Source: an uncultured Desulfobacteraceae bacterium
Lineage (GTDB): Bacteria; Desulfobacterota; Desulfobacteria; Desulfobacterales; JALSRD01
DNA: 64,000 nt
Assembly (NCBI GenBank): GCA_964476595.1
Contig: CAYZCL010000053.1
Coordinates: 40,690 to 104,689 of the forward strand
Direction: 5' to 3'
The stretch's first letter is position 1; each line of letters opens with the position of its first letter. The position numbers and the translations under genes are program-made. The notes under the pieces are model-generated. The model was given only the letters and a program-made list of their open reading frames with translations. It was not told the origin of the DNA and made no database searches. Shown in pieces: positions 39,747 to 48,831 of this stretch.

Positions 39747-40786
39747 GTCCCGGGAGAATGATCCGGTGCGTCCACCGCGTGGCACGACACCATGACCCCG
39801 TCGGCTACGGGCCGCAGGTGGGGGCGCTCCCGGCGGCAGACGTCCATCACCCGGGGGCAGCGGGGGTGAAAAGCACACCCCGCGGGCGGGTCGATGGGAT
39901 TGGGAATCTCGCCGGCCACGGGGACCCGCTTGCGGCCGGTCATCTCGATGTCCGGGATGGTGTCCAGCAGCAGCCGGGTGTAGGGATGGCGGGGATTCTC
40001 GAAGAGGGTGTCGGCCGGGGCGGATTCGCACAGGCGGCCCAGGTACATGACGCCGATGCGGTCGGCCATGTGGCGCACCACGGCCAGGTCGTGGGAAATA
40101 AACAGGTAGGACAACCCCAGGCGCCGCTGCAGCTCGCTCATCAGGTTCAGGATCTGGGCCTGTACGGAGACATCCAGCGCCGAGGTGGGTTCGTCGCAGA
40201 CGATGAACCGCGGGTCGCTGGCCAGGGCGCGGGCGATGGAGATGCGCTGACGCTGGCCGCCGGAGAATTCGTGGGGGTACTTCTGCCCGTCTTCGGGTGA
40301 GAGCCCCACCTGGGTCAGCAGCTGGGCCGTGCGGTCGATGATGGCCTGCTTGTCTTTCAGCAGGCCGAAGGCGCGGATGGGTTCGCTGATGATGTTGAAC
40401 ACCCGCCAGCGCGGGTTGAGGCTGGCGTATGGGTCCTGGAAGATCATGGCCATCTTGCGCCGGATGGCGGCCAGTTCGCTGCGGCGCTGCAGCCCGGCCA
40501 GGTCCTGGCCGTCGAATTCGATGGTGCCGGCCGTGGGCCGGTATAGTCCCACCACCAGGTTGGCCACCGTGGACTTGCCGCAGCCCGACTCTCCCACCAG
40601 GGCGAAGGTGTGCCCCCTTTGAATGTCGAAATCGATGCCGCTGACGGCCCGCAGGATCTGCCGGGGTTTGCCCTCCAGCAGGCGGTTGAGCAGCGGCCGG
40701 GAGACATCGAAGTAGCGCTTCAGGCCCCGGACGCGCAGCAGCACGTCGCCTCCGCCGGTGGTTTGCGTCGCCTGCGCCCCGTTCAT
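39731..40786 (-). CDS. Peptide/nickel ABC transporter ATP-binding protein (DppF/OppF-like)
   Basis: ORF trimmed to ATG 40786 (ATGA overlap with the upstream gene). Walker A GESGCGKST, signature FSGGQRQR, Walker B FIVCDEPTSALD, C-terminal oligopeptide-type extension. Confidence 0.85.
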   Translation of the reverse strand: MNGAQATQTTGGGDVLLRVRGLKRYFDVSRPLLNRLLEGKPRQILRAVSGIDFDIQRGHTFALVGESGCGKSTVANLVVGLYRPTAGTIEFDGQDLAGLQRRSELAAIRRKMAMIFQDPYASLNPRWRVFNIISEPIRAFGLLKDKQAIIDRTAQLLTQVGLSPEDGQKYPHEFSGGQRQRISIARALASDPRFIVCDEPTSALDVSVQAQILNLMSELQRRLGLSYLFISHDLAVVRHMADRIGVMYLGRLCESAPADTLFENPRHPYTRLLLDTIPDIEMTGRKRVPVAGEIPNPIDPPAGCAFHPRCPRVMDVCRRERPHLRPVADGVMVSCHAVDAPDHSPGTQAAG

Positions 40787-41754
40787 GAAGACCCCCCGTA
40801 CAGCCAGCAGGCCACCTGCGATTGCCCTACGTTGACCAGATCCGGCCGCTCCCGGCGGCAGCGTTCGAAAGCCTGCGGGCATCGGGGGTGAAAGGCGCAG
40901 CCGGACGGAATCTCGGTCAGCCGCGGCATGCTGCCGTCGATCTGGTTGAGCTTTTCCACCCGTCGGTGCAGCGAGGGAATGGCGCCCATGAGTCCCCGCG
41001 CATAGGGATGCCGGGCCTTCTTGACCACCTCCCGTACGCCGCCGATCTCGACGATGCGCCCGGCGTACATCACGGCCACGCGGTCGGAGATCTCGGCGAT
41101 GACCCCCATGTCGTGGGTGATCAGGATGACGGCCGTGTCGTACTGCTCGCACAGCTGCTTGAGCAGGATGATGATCTGGGCCTGGATGGAGACGTCCAGG
41201 GCCGTGGTCGGCTCGTCGGCGATCACCAGCCGGGGGTTGGCGCACAGCGCCAGGGCGATGACCACCCGCTGGCGCATGCCCCCCGAAAACTGGTGCGGGT
41301 AGTGGTCGATGCGCTTATCGGCCGCCGGAATCCCCACGTCCTGCAACAGCTTCACCGCCCGCCGGCGGGCCTCCTCGTGGTTCAGCGAGGTGTGCGTCTG
41401 AATGGTCTCCACCAGTTGCCGACCCACGGTGTAGAGCGGGTTGAGGCTGGTGAGGGGGTCCTGGAAGATCATGCCGATCTGCCGTCCGCGAAGCCGCCGC
41501 ATCTGGCCGTAGGGCAGGTTGTCGATGCGGCGGCCGTCGAGGCGGATCTCTCCGGCGGCGATACGGCCGGGCGGCTCCAGCAGGCCGATGATGGCCTGCC
41601 CGGTCAGGGATTTTCCGGCGCCGGACTCGCCCACCACGCCGAACACCTCGCCGGGCATGACGTCGAAGGAGACGTCGTCGACGGCCACAAGCGTCCCCCG
41701 GCGGGTGTTAAATTCGATACGCAGGTGTTCAACGTGCAACAACGGTTCGCTCAT
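40783..41754 (-). CDS. Peptide/nickel ABC transporter ATP-binding protein (DppD/OppD-like)
   Basis: GESGAGKS, FSGGMRQR and LVIADEPTTALD motifs. Confidence 0.85.
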   Translation of the reverse strand: MSEPLLHVEHLRIEFNTRRGTLVAVDDVSFDVMPGEVFGVVGESGAGKSLTGQAIIGLLEPPGRIAAGEIRLDGRRIDNLPYGQMRRLRGRQIGMIFQDPLTSLNPLYTVGRQLVETIQTHTSLNHEEARRRAVKLLQDVGIPAADKRIDHYPHQFSGGMRQRVVIALALCANPRLVIADEPTTALDVSIQAQIIILLKQLCEQYDTAVILITHDMGVIAEISDRVAVMYAGRIVEIGGVREVVKKARHPYARGLMGAIPSLHRRVEKLNQIDGSMPRLTEIPSGCAFHPRCPQAFERCRRERPDLVNVGQSQVACWLYGGSS

Positions 41755-41766
41755 GGCCGGCCGGTA

Positions 41767-42732
41767 CTACCTCAGCTTGGGGTTCAGGGCGTCGCGCATC
41801 CAGTCGCCCAGCAGGTTGACGGCCAGCACCAGGATGGCCAGGGCCGCACTGGGGAAAATGGTGATCCACCACTCCCCGGAAAACAGGTAATCGTTGCCGA
41901 TGCGGATCAGGGTGCCCAGCGACGGCTCGGTGGGTGGCACGCCCACTCCCAGGAAGGACAGGGTCGCCTCGGTGATGATGGCCACGGCCAGGTGGATGGT
42001 GGCGATCACCAGCACCGGCCCCATGACGTTGGGCAGGATGTGGCGCAGCATGATCTTCACCGGGTGGATGCCGATGACCCGCGCCGCCTGAACGTACTCG
42101 CGGTTTCGCTCCACCATGGTGGAGCTGCGCACCGTGCGGGCGTATTGCACCCATCCGGAGATGCCGATGGAGAAAATCAGCACGGTCAGCGCCAGTTCCT
42201 CGGCGCGCGCTTCGGGGATCACCGTGCGCAGGATGCCGTCGGTGAGCAGTGCGATCAGAATGGCCGGAAAGCTGATCTGGATCTCGGCCACGCGCATGAT
42301 GACGGCGTCCAGCCAGCCGCCGGCATAGCCCGAGACGATGCCCAGACCCACCCCCAGCACCATGGAGAAGATCACGCTCAGAAAACCCACCTCCAGCGAG
42401 ATGCGCGAACCGTAAAGAATGGTGGACAGCACGTCGCGTCCCTGGTCGTCGGTGCCCAGCAGGTATTTCGGATTGCCGTCGGCCATCCAGGACGGCGGCG
42501 TGTGGGCGTCAAGCAGGTCCAGGCTGGCCATGTCGAAGGGGTTCTGCGGGGCGATCCAGGGCGCCAGCACCGCGCTCAGGATGATCAGCACCGTGACGGC
42601 CGTGGCCGCCACGGTCACCGGCGAGTGGATAAAAGAGTAAAAGATGTCCCCGTCGGCGGCCCTTCGCAGGGCGTCGGCTGCGCGGCGGTGCAAGGGGATG
42701 TGGACGGCCTGCAGGCTTGCCGGTTTAGCCAT
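41767..42732 (-). CDS. Peptide ABC transporter permease (DppC/OppC-like)
   Basis: Six-TM BPD_transp_1-type permease. Operon position. Confidence 0.8.
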   Translation of the reverse strand: MAKPASLQAVHIPLHRRAADALRRAADGDIFYSFIHSPVTVAATAVTVLIILSAVLAPWIAPQNPFDMASLDLLDAHTPPSWMADGNPKYLLGTDDQGRDVLSTILYGSRISLEVGFLSVIFSMVLGVGLGIVSGYAGGWLDAVIMRVAEIQISFPAILIALLTDGILRTVIPEARAEELALTVLIFSIGISGWVQYARTVRSSTMVERNREYVQAARVIGIHPVKIMLRHILPNVMGPVLVIATIHLAVAIITEATLSFLGVGVPPTEPSLGTLIRIGNDYLFSGEWWITIFPSAALAILVLAVNLLGDWMRDALNPKLR

Positions 42733-43714
42733 GACCGCCCGCCTTTCCGATGTCGACCCGCAGCCGGGGGTCGACCACGTAGTAGAGGATGTCCACGATC
42801 AGGTTGATGACCACGAAGAAAAAAGCCACCAGGATCAGGTAGGCCGACATAATGGGGATGTCGACGTTGTGAATGGCCTGCAGGAACAGCAGGCCCATGC
42901 CCGGCCACTGGAAGACCGTCTCGGTGATGATGGCGAAGGCGATGATGGAGCCGATCTGCAGCCCCGTGATGGTGATCACCGGCACCAGGGTGTTTTTCAG
43001 GGCGTGTCCGAAGTTGATGGCCCGGTCGGTCAGGCCCCGGGCGCGGGCGAACTTGATGTAGTCGGTGCGCAGCACCTCCAGCATCTCCGACCGGATCAGG
43101 CGCATGATCAGCGTCAGCTGGAACATTCCCAGGGTGATGGCCGGCATGATCAGGGCCTTGAGGCCGCTGACCGTCAGCAGCCCCGTGGTCCAGCCGCCGA
43201 TGGCCACGACTTCTCCCCGGCCGTAGGATGGCAGCCAGCCCAGGATGACTGCAAAGACGAAGATCAGCAGGATGCCGATCAGGAACGTGGGCAGCGAGAT
43301 GCCGATGAGCGAGAAGGTCATGAAGACGCGGCTCAGGAACCCGCTGCGGTGCAGGCCGGTGTAGACCCCCATGGGGATGCCGATGACCAGCGAGAACAGG
43401 GCCGCTACCAGGGACAGCTCCAGGGTGGCCGGCAGCCGCTCCTCAAACAGTTCGGCCACCGGCCGCTTGTACTGGTAGGAGAGGCCGAACTTGCCCTGCA
43501 CGGCATGGCCCACGAAGCGTGCGAACTGCACCAGCGGCGGGTCGTTGAGGCCCAGCGCCTCGCGCAGCGCTTCGCGTTCCTGCATGGAAGTTTCGATCCC
43601 CACCATCTGGTGGACGGGATCTCCCACGTAGTTGAACATCAGGAAGGCCACCATGGCCACCACCAGCATGACGAATACCGATTGGGCCAGGCGACGTATG
43701 ATGAAAGCCGGCAT
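42725..43714 (-). CDS. Peptide ABC transporter permease (DppB/OppB-like)
   Basis: MPAFIIRRLAQSVFVMLVV N-terminus typical of DppB/OppB. FARARGL EAA-loop. Confidence 0.8.
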   Translation of the reverse strand: MPAFIIRRLAQSVFVMLVVAMVAFLMFNYVGDPVHQMVGIETSMQEREALREALGLNDPPLVQFARFVGHAVQGKFGLSYQYKRPVAELFEERLPATLELSLVAALFSLVIGIPMGVYTGLHRSGFLSRVFMTFSLIGISLPTFLIGILLIFVFAVILGWLPSYGRGEVVAIGGWTTGLLTVSGLKALIMPAITLGMFQLTLIMRLIRSEMLEVLRTDYIKFARARGLTDRAINFGHALKNTLVPVITITGLQIGSIIAFAIITETVFQWPGMGLLFLQAIHNVDIPIMSAYLILVAFFFVVINLIVDILYYVVDPRLRVDIGKAGGHG

Positions 43715-43773
43715 CTGTTGCTTACTGAAAAGGACCGTTTCCCCGCGGTAAGCGGGGGAAACGGTCCCTGCGG

Positions 43774-45366
43774 TTATTTGATGTTGACGAAATAGAGCAT
43801 GAAGACGTTGTCGGCGCGCTGGACCAGGTCGACGTTGTCTTTTTTACCCCAGGCCAGGGACTGCTGGTGCAGCGGGATGTATCCCACGTCCTTGTTCAGC
43901 AGCTCGTAGGCCTCCTTGATCATCAGGTTGCGCTTGGCGATGTCGGTTTCGCTGAGGATCTTGTCCGTCAGGGCATCGATCTTGGGGTTGGAGTAGCCGC
44001 CCAGGTTGAACTTGCCGCGGCCGGTCTTGGGGTCGCGGGTGTCGATCAGGTTGTAGAGCACGTTCCAGCTGTCGAAGCTCGACGGCGTCCAGCCCAGCAG
44101 GTAAAACTCGGTGTCGTAGGACAGCACTTTCTTGAAATACTGGGCCTTGGGCTGGGCCTTGAGGTTGACCTTGATGCCCACCTTGGCCAGCATGGAAACC
44201 ACCGCCTGGGCGATCTGCTCGTCGTTGACGTAGCGGTTGTTGGGCGCGTCCATGCACATGGTGAAGCCGTTGGGGTAGCCGGCCTCGGCCAGCAGCTTCT
44301 TGGAAGCCGCGGGGTCGTAGGGATAGCGCTTGAAGTCCTTGGCGTAGGACGGGAACAGCTTGGGCGAGATCATGAGCGCCGAGGGCTCGGAAAGGCCGCG
44401 CATGATCTTTTTCTTGATGGCCTGGATGTCGATGGCCTGGTAGATGGCCTTTCTCACCCGCACATCCTTGAGCGGGTTCTTGCCCTTGATGTCGGAGCAG
44501 GGCAGTTCGTCGTAGGTCTGGTTCATGCCCAGGAAGATGGTGCGCAGCTCCGGGCCCACCAGCACCGAGGTGCCGGCATGCTTGTCGATGCGCTTGATGT
44601 CCTGCACGGGCACGGGGTACATCATGTCCACTTCGCCGGACAGCAGTGCCGCCACGCGGGTGGCGTCCGAGGAGATGGGTGTGAAAATCACGCGGGTCAG
44701 GTTGTGCTTGGGCTTGTCCCACCAGCCCTTGTAAGGCTCCAGCACGGTCTTGACGTCTTTCTGGCGCTCGGTGACGATGAAGGCGCCGGTGCCGTTCTCG
44801 TGGCGCGTGGCGTAGTTTTCCTTGCCGGACTTAACGTTGGCCGATTCGGTGGCGCCGTGCTTTTCGCACCACTCCTTGTCCATGATGAACCAGCTGGCCC
44901 ACTCCGAGATGAGAATCGGGTTGGGGGCCTTGGTGATCACGTCCACCGTGTAGTCGTCGATCTTCTTCATCTCCTTGACGGTGGAAACGCGGGTCTTGAA
45001 GTCGGAGCCTTCCGACATGGCGCGGTGGTAGGAGAAGATGACGTCGTCGGCCGTGAAGGGGTTGCCGTTGTGGAACTTGACGCCCTTGCGCAGGTAGAAG
45101 CGCCAGCGGGTGGGTTCTTTGATTTCCCAACGTTCCGCCAGGGCGGGCTCGATCTCCAGGTTGGGCCCCCGGCGCACCAGGCCCTCGTAGACGTTTCCGA
45201 GGAAGCCGATCAGGAAGGTTTCGTTGAGCGAGTGGGGGTCCAGGGACATGAGATCGCCCTGAAAGGCCCACTTGAGGGTCTTGGCCTGCGCCGGCGCGGA
45301 CAGGGGAGACAGGCACAGGGCCGCCACGGCCACCACGAGAGTCATACCGAACAATAATTTACGCAT
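43774..45366 (-). CDS. ABC transporter substrate-binding protein, family 5 (peptide/nickel type)
   Basis: Start at ATG 45366 (GGAGG RBS). Signal peptide. About 530 aa with the family-5 SBP pattern. Confidence 0.8.
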   Translation of the reverse strand: MRKLLFGMTLVVAVAALCLSPLSAPAQAKTLKWAFQGDLMSLDPHSLNETFLIGFLGNVYEGLVRRGPNLEIEPALAERWEIKEPTRWRFYLRKGVKFHNGNPFTADDVIFSYHRAMSEGSDFKTRVSTVKEMKKIDDYTVDVITKAPNPILISEWASWFIMDKEWCEKHGATESANVKSGKENYATRHENGTGAFIVTERQKDVKTVLEPYKGWWDKPKHNLTRVIFTPISSDATRVAALLSGEVDMMYPVPVQDIKRIDKHAGTSVLVGPELRTIFLGMNQTYDELPCSDIKGKNPLKDVRVRKAIYQAIDIQAIKKKIMRGLSEPSALMISPKLFPSYAKDFKRYPYDPAASKKLLAEAGYPNGFTMCMDAPNNRYVNDEQIAQAVVSMLAKVGIKVNLKAQPKAQYFKKVLSYDTEFYLLGWTPSSFDSWNVLYNLIDTRDPKTGRGKFNLGGYSNPKIDALTDKILSETDIAKRNLMIKEAYELLNKDVGYIPLHQQSLAWGKKDNVDLVQRADNVFMLYFVNIK

Positions 45367-45401
45367 TTGCACCTCCGTACTGAAAAAGGGTTGTTGTCGA
45401 A

Positions 45402-46487
45402 TCAGCAGTAATGGACTTTCTCAACCTTTTTGAGAAATGCTTCCAGCAAGTCGTAAAGCCGGGTGAGGCTGTCGATGTTGACGTGTTCATCCGCGGTGTG
45501 GGCGCTGTCGTCCCCGTCGGCCCCCCACACCACGCCGCAGATGCCGTAGTCGGACACGAAACGCGCGTCACTGGCGCCGTGCTCTGCACCGGACCGGATC
45601 GTGTCGGACAGTTCCAGCAGCAGGGACAGGTAGGGACACCGGCCGCTGGTGAACATGGGTTCGCGGGCCAGGACCGTCAGTTCCCCCGACACCGCCGCAC
45701 GCATTTGCTCGAGGAGCCGGTCGATGTCGTCATTTTCGGTGTACCGGATGTCCAGGGTCGCCTCGGCGCGGTCCGGCACCTGGTTGAACGATCGGCCGGC
45801 CCGGATGAGGCTGAGGTTCAGCGTGCGGTGCCAATGGTCTTCGGTGGATTGGCGGAAAAAGCCCTTGATGCGGCCATAGTCCTCGAACAGGTTTTCGATG
45901 GCGTTCTCCCCCAGCCAGGGACGGGCGCCGTGGGCGGCCCTGCCGCGGCTGACGAGCCCGAGGGTCAGCAGCCCCTTCTCCTTGACCACCACCTTGTTCA
46001 CCCGGCCGCCGTCCAGTGCGATGCAGAACTCGGGCTCGATCTGCTCGAGGGCCTTTTGGGCCCCATCGTGCCCCCCGACCTCTTCGTCGCCGGTAATCAG
46101 GATGCCGAAAGGCAGGTCGGACTGGTCTTTTCCCTGGCGGCCCAGCCGTTCCAGGTAGCGCTTCATCAGCACCAACGAGAGGGCCACGGCGTACTTGTCG
46201 TCGATGCTGCCGCGGCCGTAGAGTCTGCCGTCCCGGATGCTCGGCTCGAAGAGGGCCTCGGGGCCGTCCACCACGTCGATGTGGCTCATGAGCAGCACCG
46301 GCACGAAGCGTTCGTTGGGCAGGGCCAGGATGGAGGGTGTTCCCCGGTGATCGATGCGTCGGTAGGCGATGCCGTTGGCGTCCAAATAGGACGTGACGTA
46401 CGCCGCGCACTCCAGGATCTGCTGGGGATCGGCATGCGTAGAACGAAATCGGATCAGATCCTGGGTCAGTGCGACGATTTCCTGCAT
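45402..46487 (-). CDS. M20-family metallopeptidase (ArgE/DapE/dipeptidase-like)
   Basis: SHIDVV, GRGSIDDK and TGDEEVGG metal-ligand motifs. First gene of the peptide ABC operon. Confidence 0.75.
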   Translation of the reverse strand: MQEIVALTQDLIRFRSTHADPQQILECAAYVTSYLDANGIAYRRIDHRGTPSILALPNERFVPVLLMSHIDVVDGPEALFEPSIRDGRLYGRGSIDDKYAVALSLVLMKRYLERLGRQGKDQSDLPFGILITGDEEVGGHDGAQKALEQIEPEFCIALDGGRVNKVVVKEKGLLTLGLVSRGRAAHGARPWLGENAIENLFEDYGRIKGFFRQSTEDHWHRTLNLSLIRAGRSFNQVPDRAEATLDIRYTENDDIDRLLEQMRAAVSGELTVLAREPMFTSGRCPYLSLLLELSDTIRSGAEHGASDARFVSDYGICGVVWGADGDDSAHTADEHVNIDSLTRLYDLLEAFLKKVEKVHYC

Positions 46488-46639
46488 GACTGGGTCCGTG
46501 ACCTATAGAGGATGCGCTGCCTCGACAACGCGGTTGTTCGGGGATTCGCCTGGCCCTGACCGACTTCTGGCGGTGGGCGGGGTTGTTTCCGTACCTCAGG
46601 TGGGCTGTACTATAAAGAAGCCTCCGGGGGGCGTCAAGC

Positions 46640-46660
46640 AAAAAGCCGGCCCCGCCGGGC
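46640..46660 (-). terminator. Possible weak intrinsic terminator after the dodecin gene
   Basis: On the minus strand, CCGGC-GGG-GCCGG (5-bp GC stem) is followed by CUUUUU. Lies about 70 nt downstream of the dodecin stop. Confidence 0.3.
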
Positions 46661-46728
46661 GGCAACCGGGCGTGCGTGGCCCGGTGTCTACCCGGCAAGA
46701 CCGACTTTGCCTGGAGAACGTGCGGCCG

Positions 46729-46941
46729 CTATTCGGTGTCGTACTTGAAGGAGAGCTGGACCCGGGCGCGGAAGGCCACGGCCTTGCCGTCTTCGATTTT
46801 CATGTCGAGCTTGGAGACCTCTGCGATGCGCAGATTCTTGAGGCTTTTGGAAGCGGTTTCAACGGCATTGCGGGCAGCGGCTTCCCAGGACTCGGTGCTC
46901 GTGCCGACCAGCTGGATGACTTTGTAGACACTGTCGCTCAT
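46729..46941 (-). CDS. Dodecin-family flavin-binding protein
   Basis: 70 aa, MSDSVYKVIQLVGTSTESWEAAARNAV...FRARVQLSF, matching the dodecin (DUF1458) pattern. GGAGGT RBS. Confidence 0.8.
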   Translation of the reverse strand: MSDSVYKVIQLVGTSTESWEAAARNAVETASKSLKNLRIAEVSKLDMKIEDGKAVAFRARVQLSFKYDTE

Positions 46942-47311
46942 GGTGACCTCCTTGTACGGGTGATGGGGTTAGGGGGATGGGGGAAAAGCCGCGACGGCTT
47001 TTCCGGTACACTGGTGAAAGCGTCAACGGCCCGCGGTGGGGGTGTCGAGGAGATGCCGCAGCAGAAGAACCGGTGCAGGTGGAAACCGAGGTCCGCCACC
47101 GGCCGCAGGGTTGTCATCGCACACGCTGCTGATCAGATTAATCAAATCCCCGCGCAAAGTCAAGACGCATTGTCCGGCGGCGTTGCCAAAGCCACAGTAT
47201 CTTACCGATATAGCAGAGTTTTCATGCCCTGCCGGCTTCGATTCCTCACCGGGTTTCGCATGCTGACTACCGGAGGGCAATCATTCCTTATGGCTGCACG
47301 ATCCGTCGGTA

Positions 47312-48799
47312 TCAGCCGGGCCGCCACTGACGGATGTGAATCAGGCCGGGAAAGGCCCGCGGCTTGTAGATGGATTTGTCCAGCAGCACCCGCAGGCACT
47401 CCTGAATGCCCTCGGACATGGTGGGATGGGGGTGGACCGTTTTGAGCACGTCCCGGATGCCCTTGTCCTGGTCCATGAGCATGGCGATGGACATGATGGT
47501 GTTGGACACCTGGGGACCGGCGGCGCGCATACCCAGGATGCGGCCTTCCGGGTCGTCGCTGACGATGATCTTGACGAAACCGCTGGTGGCGTGCATGGCC
47601 AGCGCACGGCTCAGTAGGCGGTTGGCGTACACCGCCACACGGTAGGCGATGCGCTTGCGGCGGCAAGCTTTTTCGTTTCGGCCCACCGCCGCTACGGGCG
47701 GGTTGAAGAACATGACCGTCGACATGTTGGCGTAGTTCAGCGGCCAGCGGTTGGCGCCGCAGATCACCTTGGCGGCGTAGCGCCCCTGGGTTTCAGCGAT
47801 GTTGACCAGCGCCGGGTGGGCGGTGACGTCCCCGGCCGCAAAGATGTTGCCGGACACCCGGCAGTTGCGGTCGGTCTGCAGAAAACCCCGCTCGTCCGGG
47901 TAGATGCCGGCGGCGTCCAGGTCGAGAGGCTCGAGGTTGGGGGTGCGGCCGATGGCGATCAGGGCGGCGTCCACGCTGAGCACCTGCGAATGGCCGTCCT
48001 TGAAGTCCAGCACGGCCTCCAGCCGTTCGCCCCGGGCCTTGATGCCGCGCAGGATGGCGGAGTGGATGATCTCCACGCCGTGGCGCCTCAGGTGAGTGCT
48101 CACGAATTCGCCGACGTCGTCGTCCTCGAAGGGCAGGATGCGCTCGGCGTAATCCACCAGGGTGACCCGCGTCTGCCCGAAGTTCGAGAAAATGGTGGCG
48201 TACTCGCAGCCGATGATGCCGGCACCTACGATGATCAGGCGCCGGGGGAAACGCTTGAGCTGCAGGATACCGTCCGAGTCGAAAACCCGTCGCTGGTCCA
48301 CGGCCACGCCGGGAAAAGGCCGCGGCCGGGAGCCGGTGGCGATGATGAAATGCCTTGCGTGAACATCCTCGCGGCTTCCGTCCGGGTAGCGCACCTCCAG
48401 CTTGCGGGAGGAGAGAAACGATCCGCGACCGCGCTTGAGGGTGATGGAGCCGGGGCCCTGCCGGCGCCGGGGGGAAAAGGTCTCCAGCTGGGACAGCATC
48501 TGGTACTGCTTCTCCCGCACAGCCCGGAACACCGAGCGTCGTACTGCCCGGTAGTCCACCGTGAGCCCGGAGGTGCGGTAGCCGCGGTCCACCCGGGAGG
48601 CGATGGAGAAGTCTTTGGACAGTTCCCACAGGGTCTTGGAGGCCAGTGCGCCGTTTCGGACACCGGCGCCGCCCACTTGGCCCCCCTCCACCACGCAGAC
48701 GTGCCGCCCCAGGTCCAGGGCCCGCATGGCGGCGGCGAAGCCGCCCGGCCCGCACCCGATGATGCAGATGTCGAACGGCTGGCTATCGGCGGGTTCCAT
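47312..48799 (-). CDS. FAD/NAD(P)-dependent oxidoreductase of the dihydrolipoamide dehydrogenase / transhydrogenase family, lacking the redox-active disulfide
   Basis: GCGPGG FAD motif, second Rossmann IIVGAGIIGCE, C-terminal dimerisation domain (HPHPTMSE). The position of the CxxxxC motif reads GGAGVRNGALASK, with no Cys. Confidence 0.75.
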   Translation of the reverse strand: MEPADSQPFDICIIGCGPGGFAAAMRALDLGRHVCVVEGGQVGGAGVRNGALASKTLWELSKDFSIASRVDRGYRTSGLTVDYRAVRRSVFRAVREKQYQMLSQLETFSPRRRQGPGSITLKRGRGSFLSSRKLEVRYPDGSREDVHARHFIIATGSRPRPFPGVAVDQRRVFDSDGILQLKRFPRRLIIVGAGIIGCEYATIFSNFGQTRVTLVDYAERILPFEDDDVGEFVSTHLRRHGVEIIHSAILRGIKARGERLEAVLDFKDGHSQVLSVDAALIAIGRTPNLEPLDLDAAGIYPDERGFLQTDRNCRVSGNIFAAGDVTAHPALVNIAETQGRYAAKVICGANRWPLNYANMSTVMFFNPPVAAVGRNEKACRRKRIAYRVAVYANRLLSRALAMHATSGFVKIIVSDDPEGRILGMRAAGPQVSNTIMSIAMLMDQDKGIRDVLKTVHPHPTMSEGIQECLRVLLDKSIYKPRAFPGLIHIRQWRPG

Positions 48800-48831
48800 G
48801 GTTCGTGCCTACACCGCCCCCGACGCGCCTG

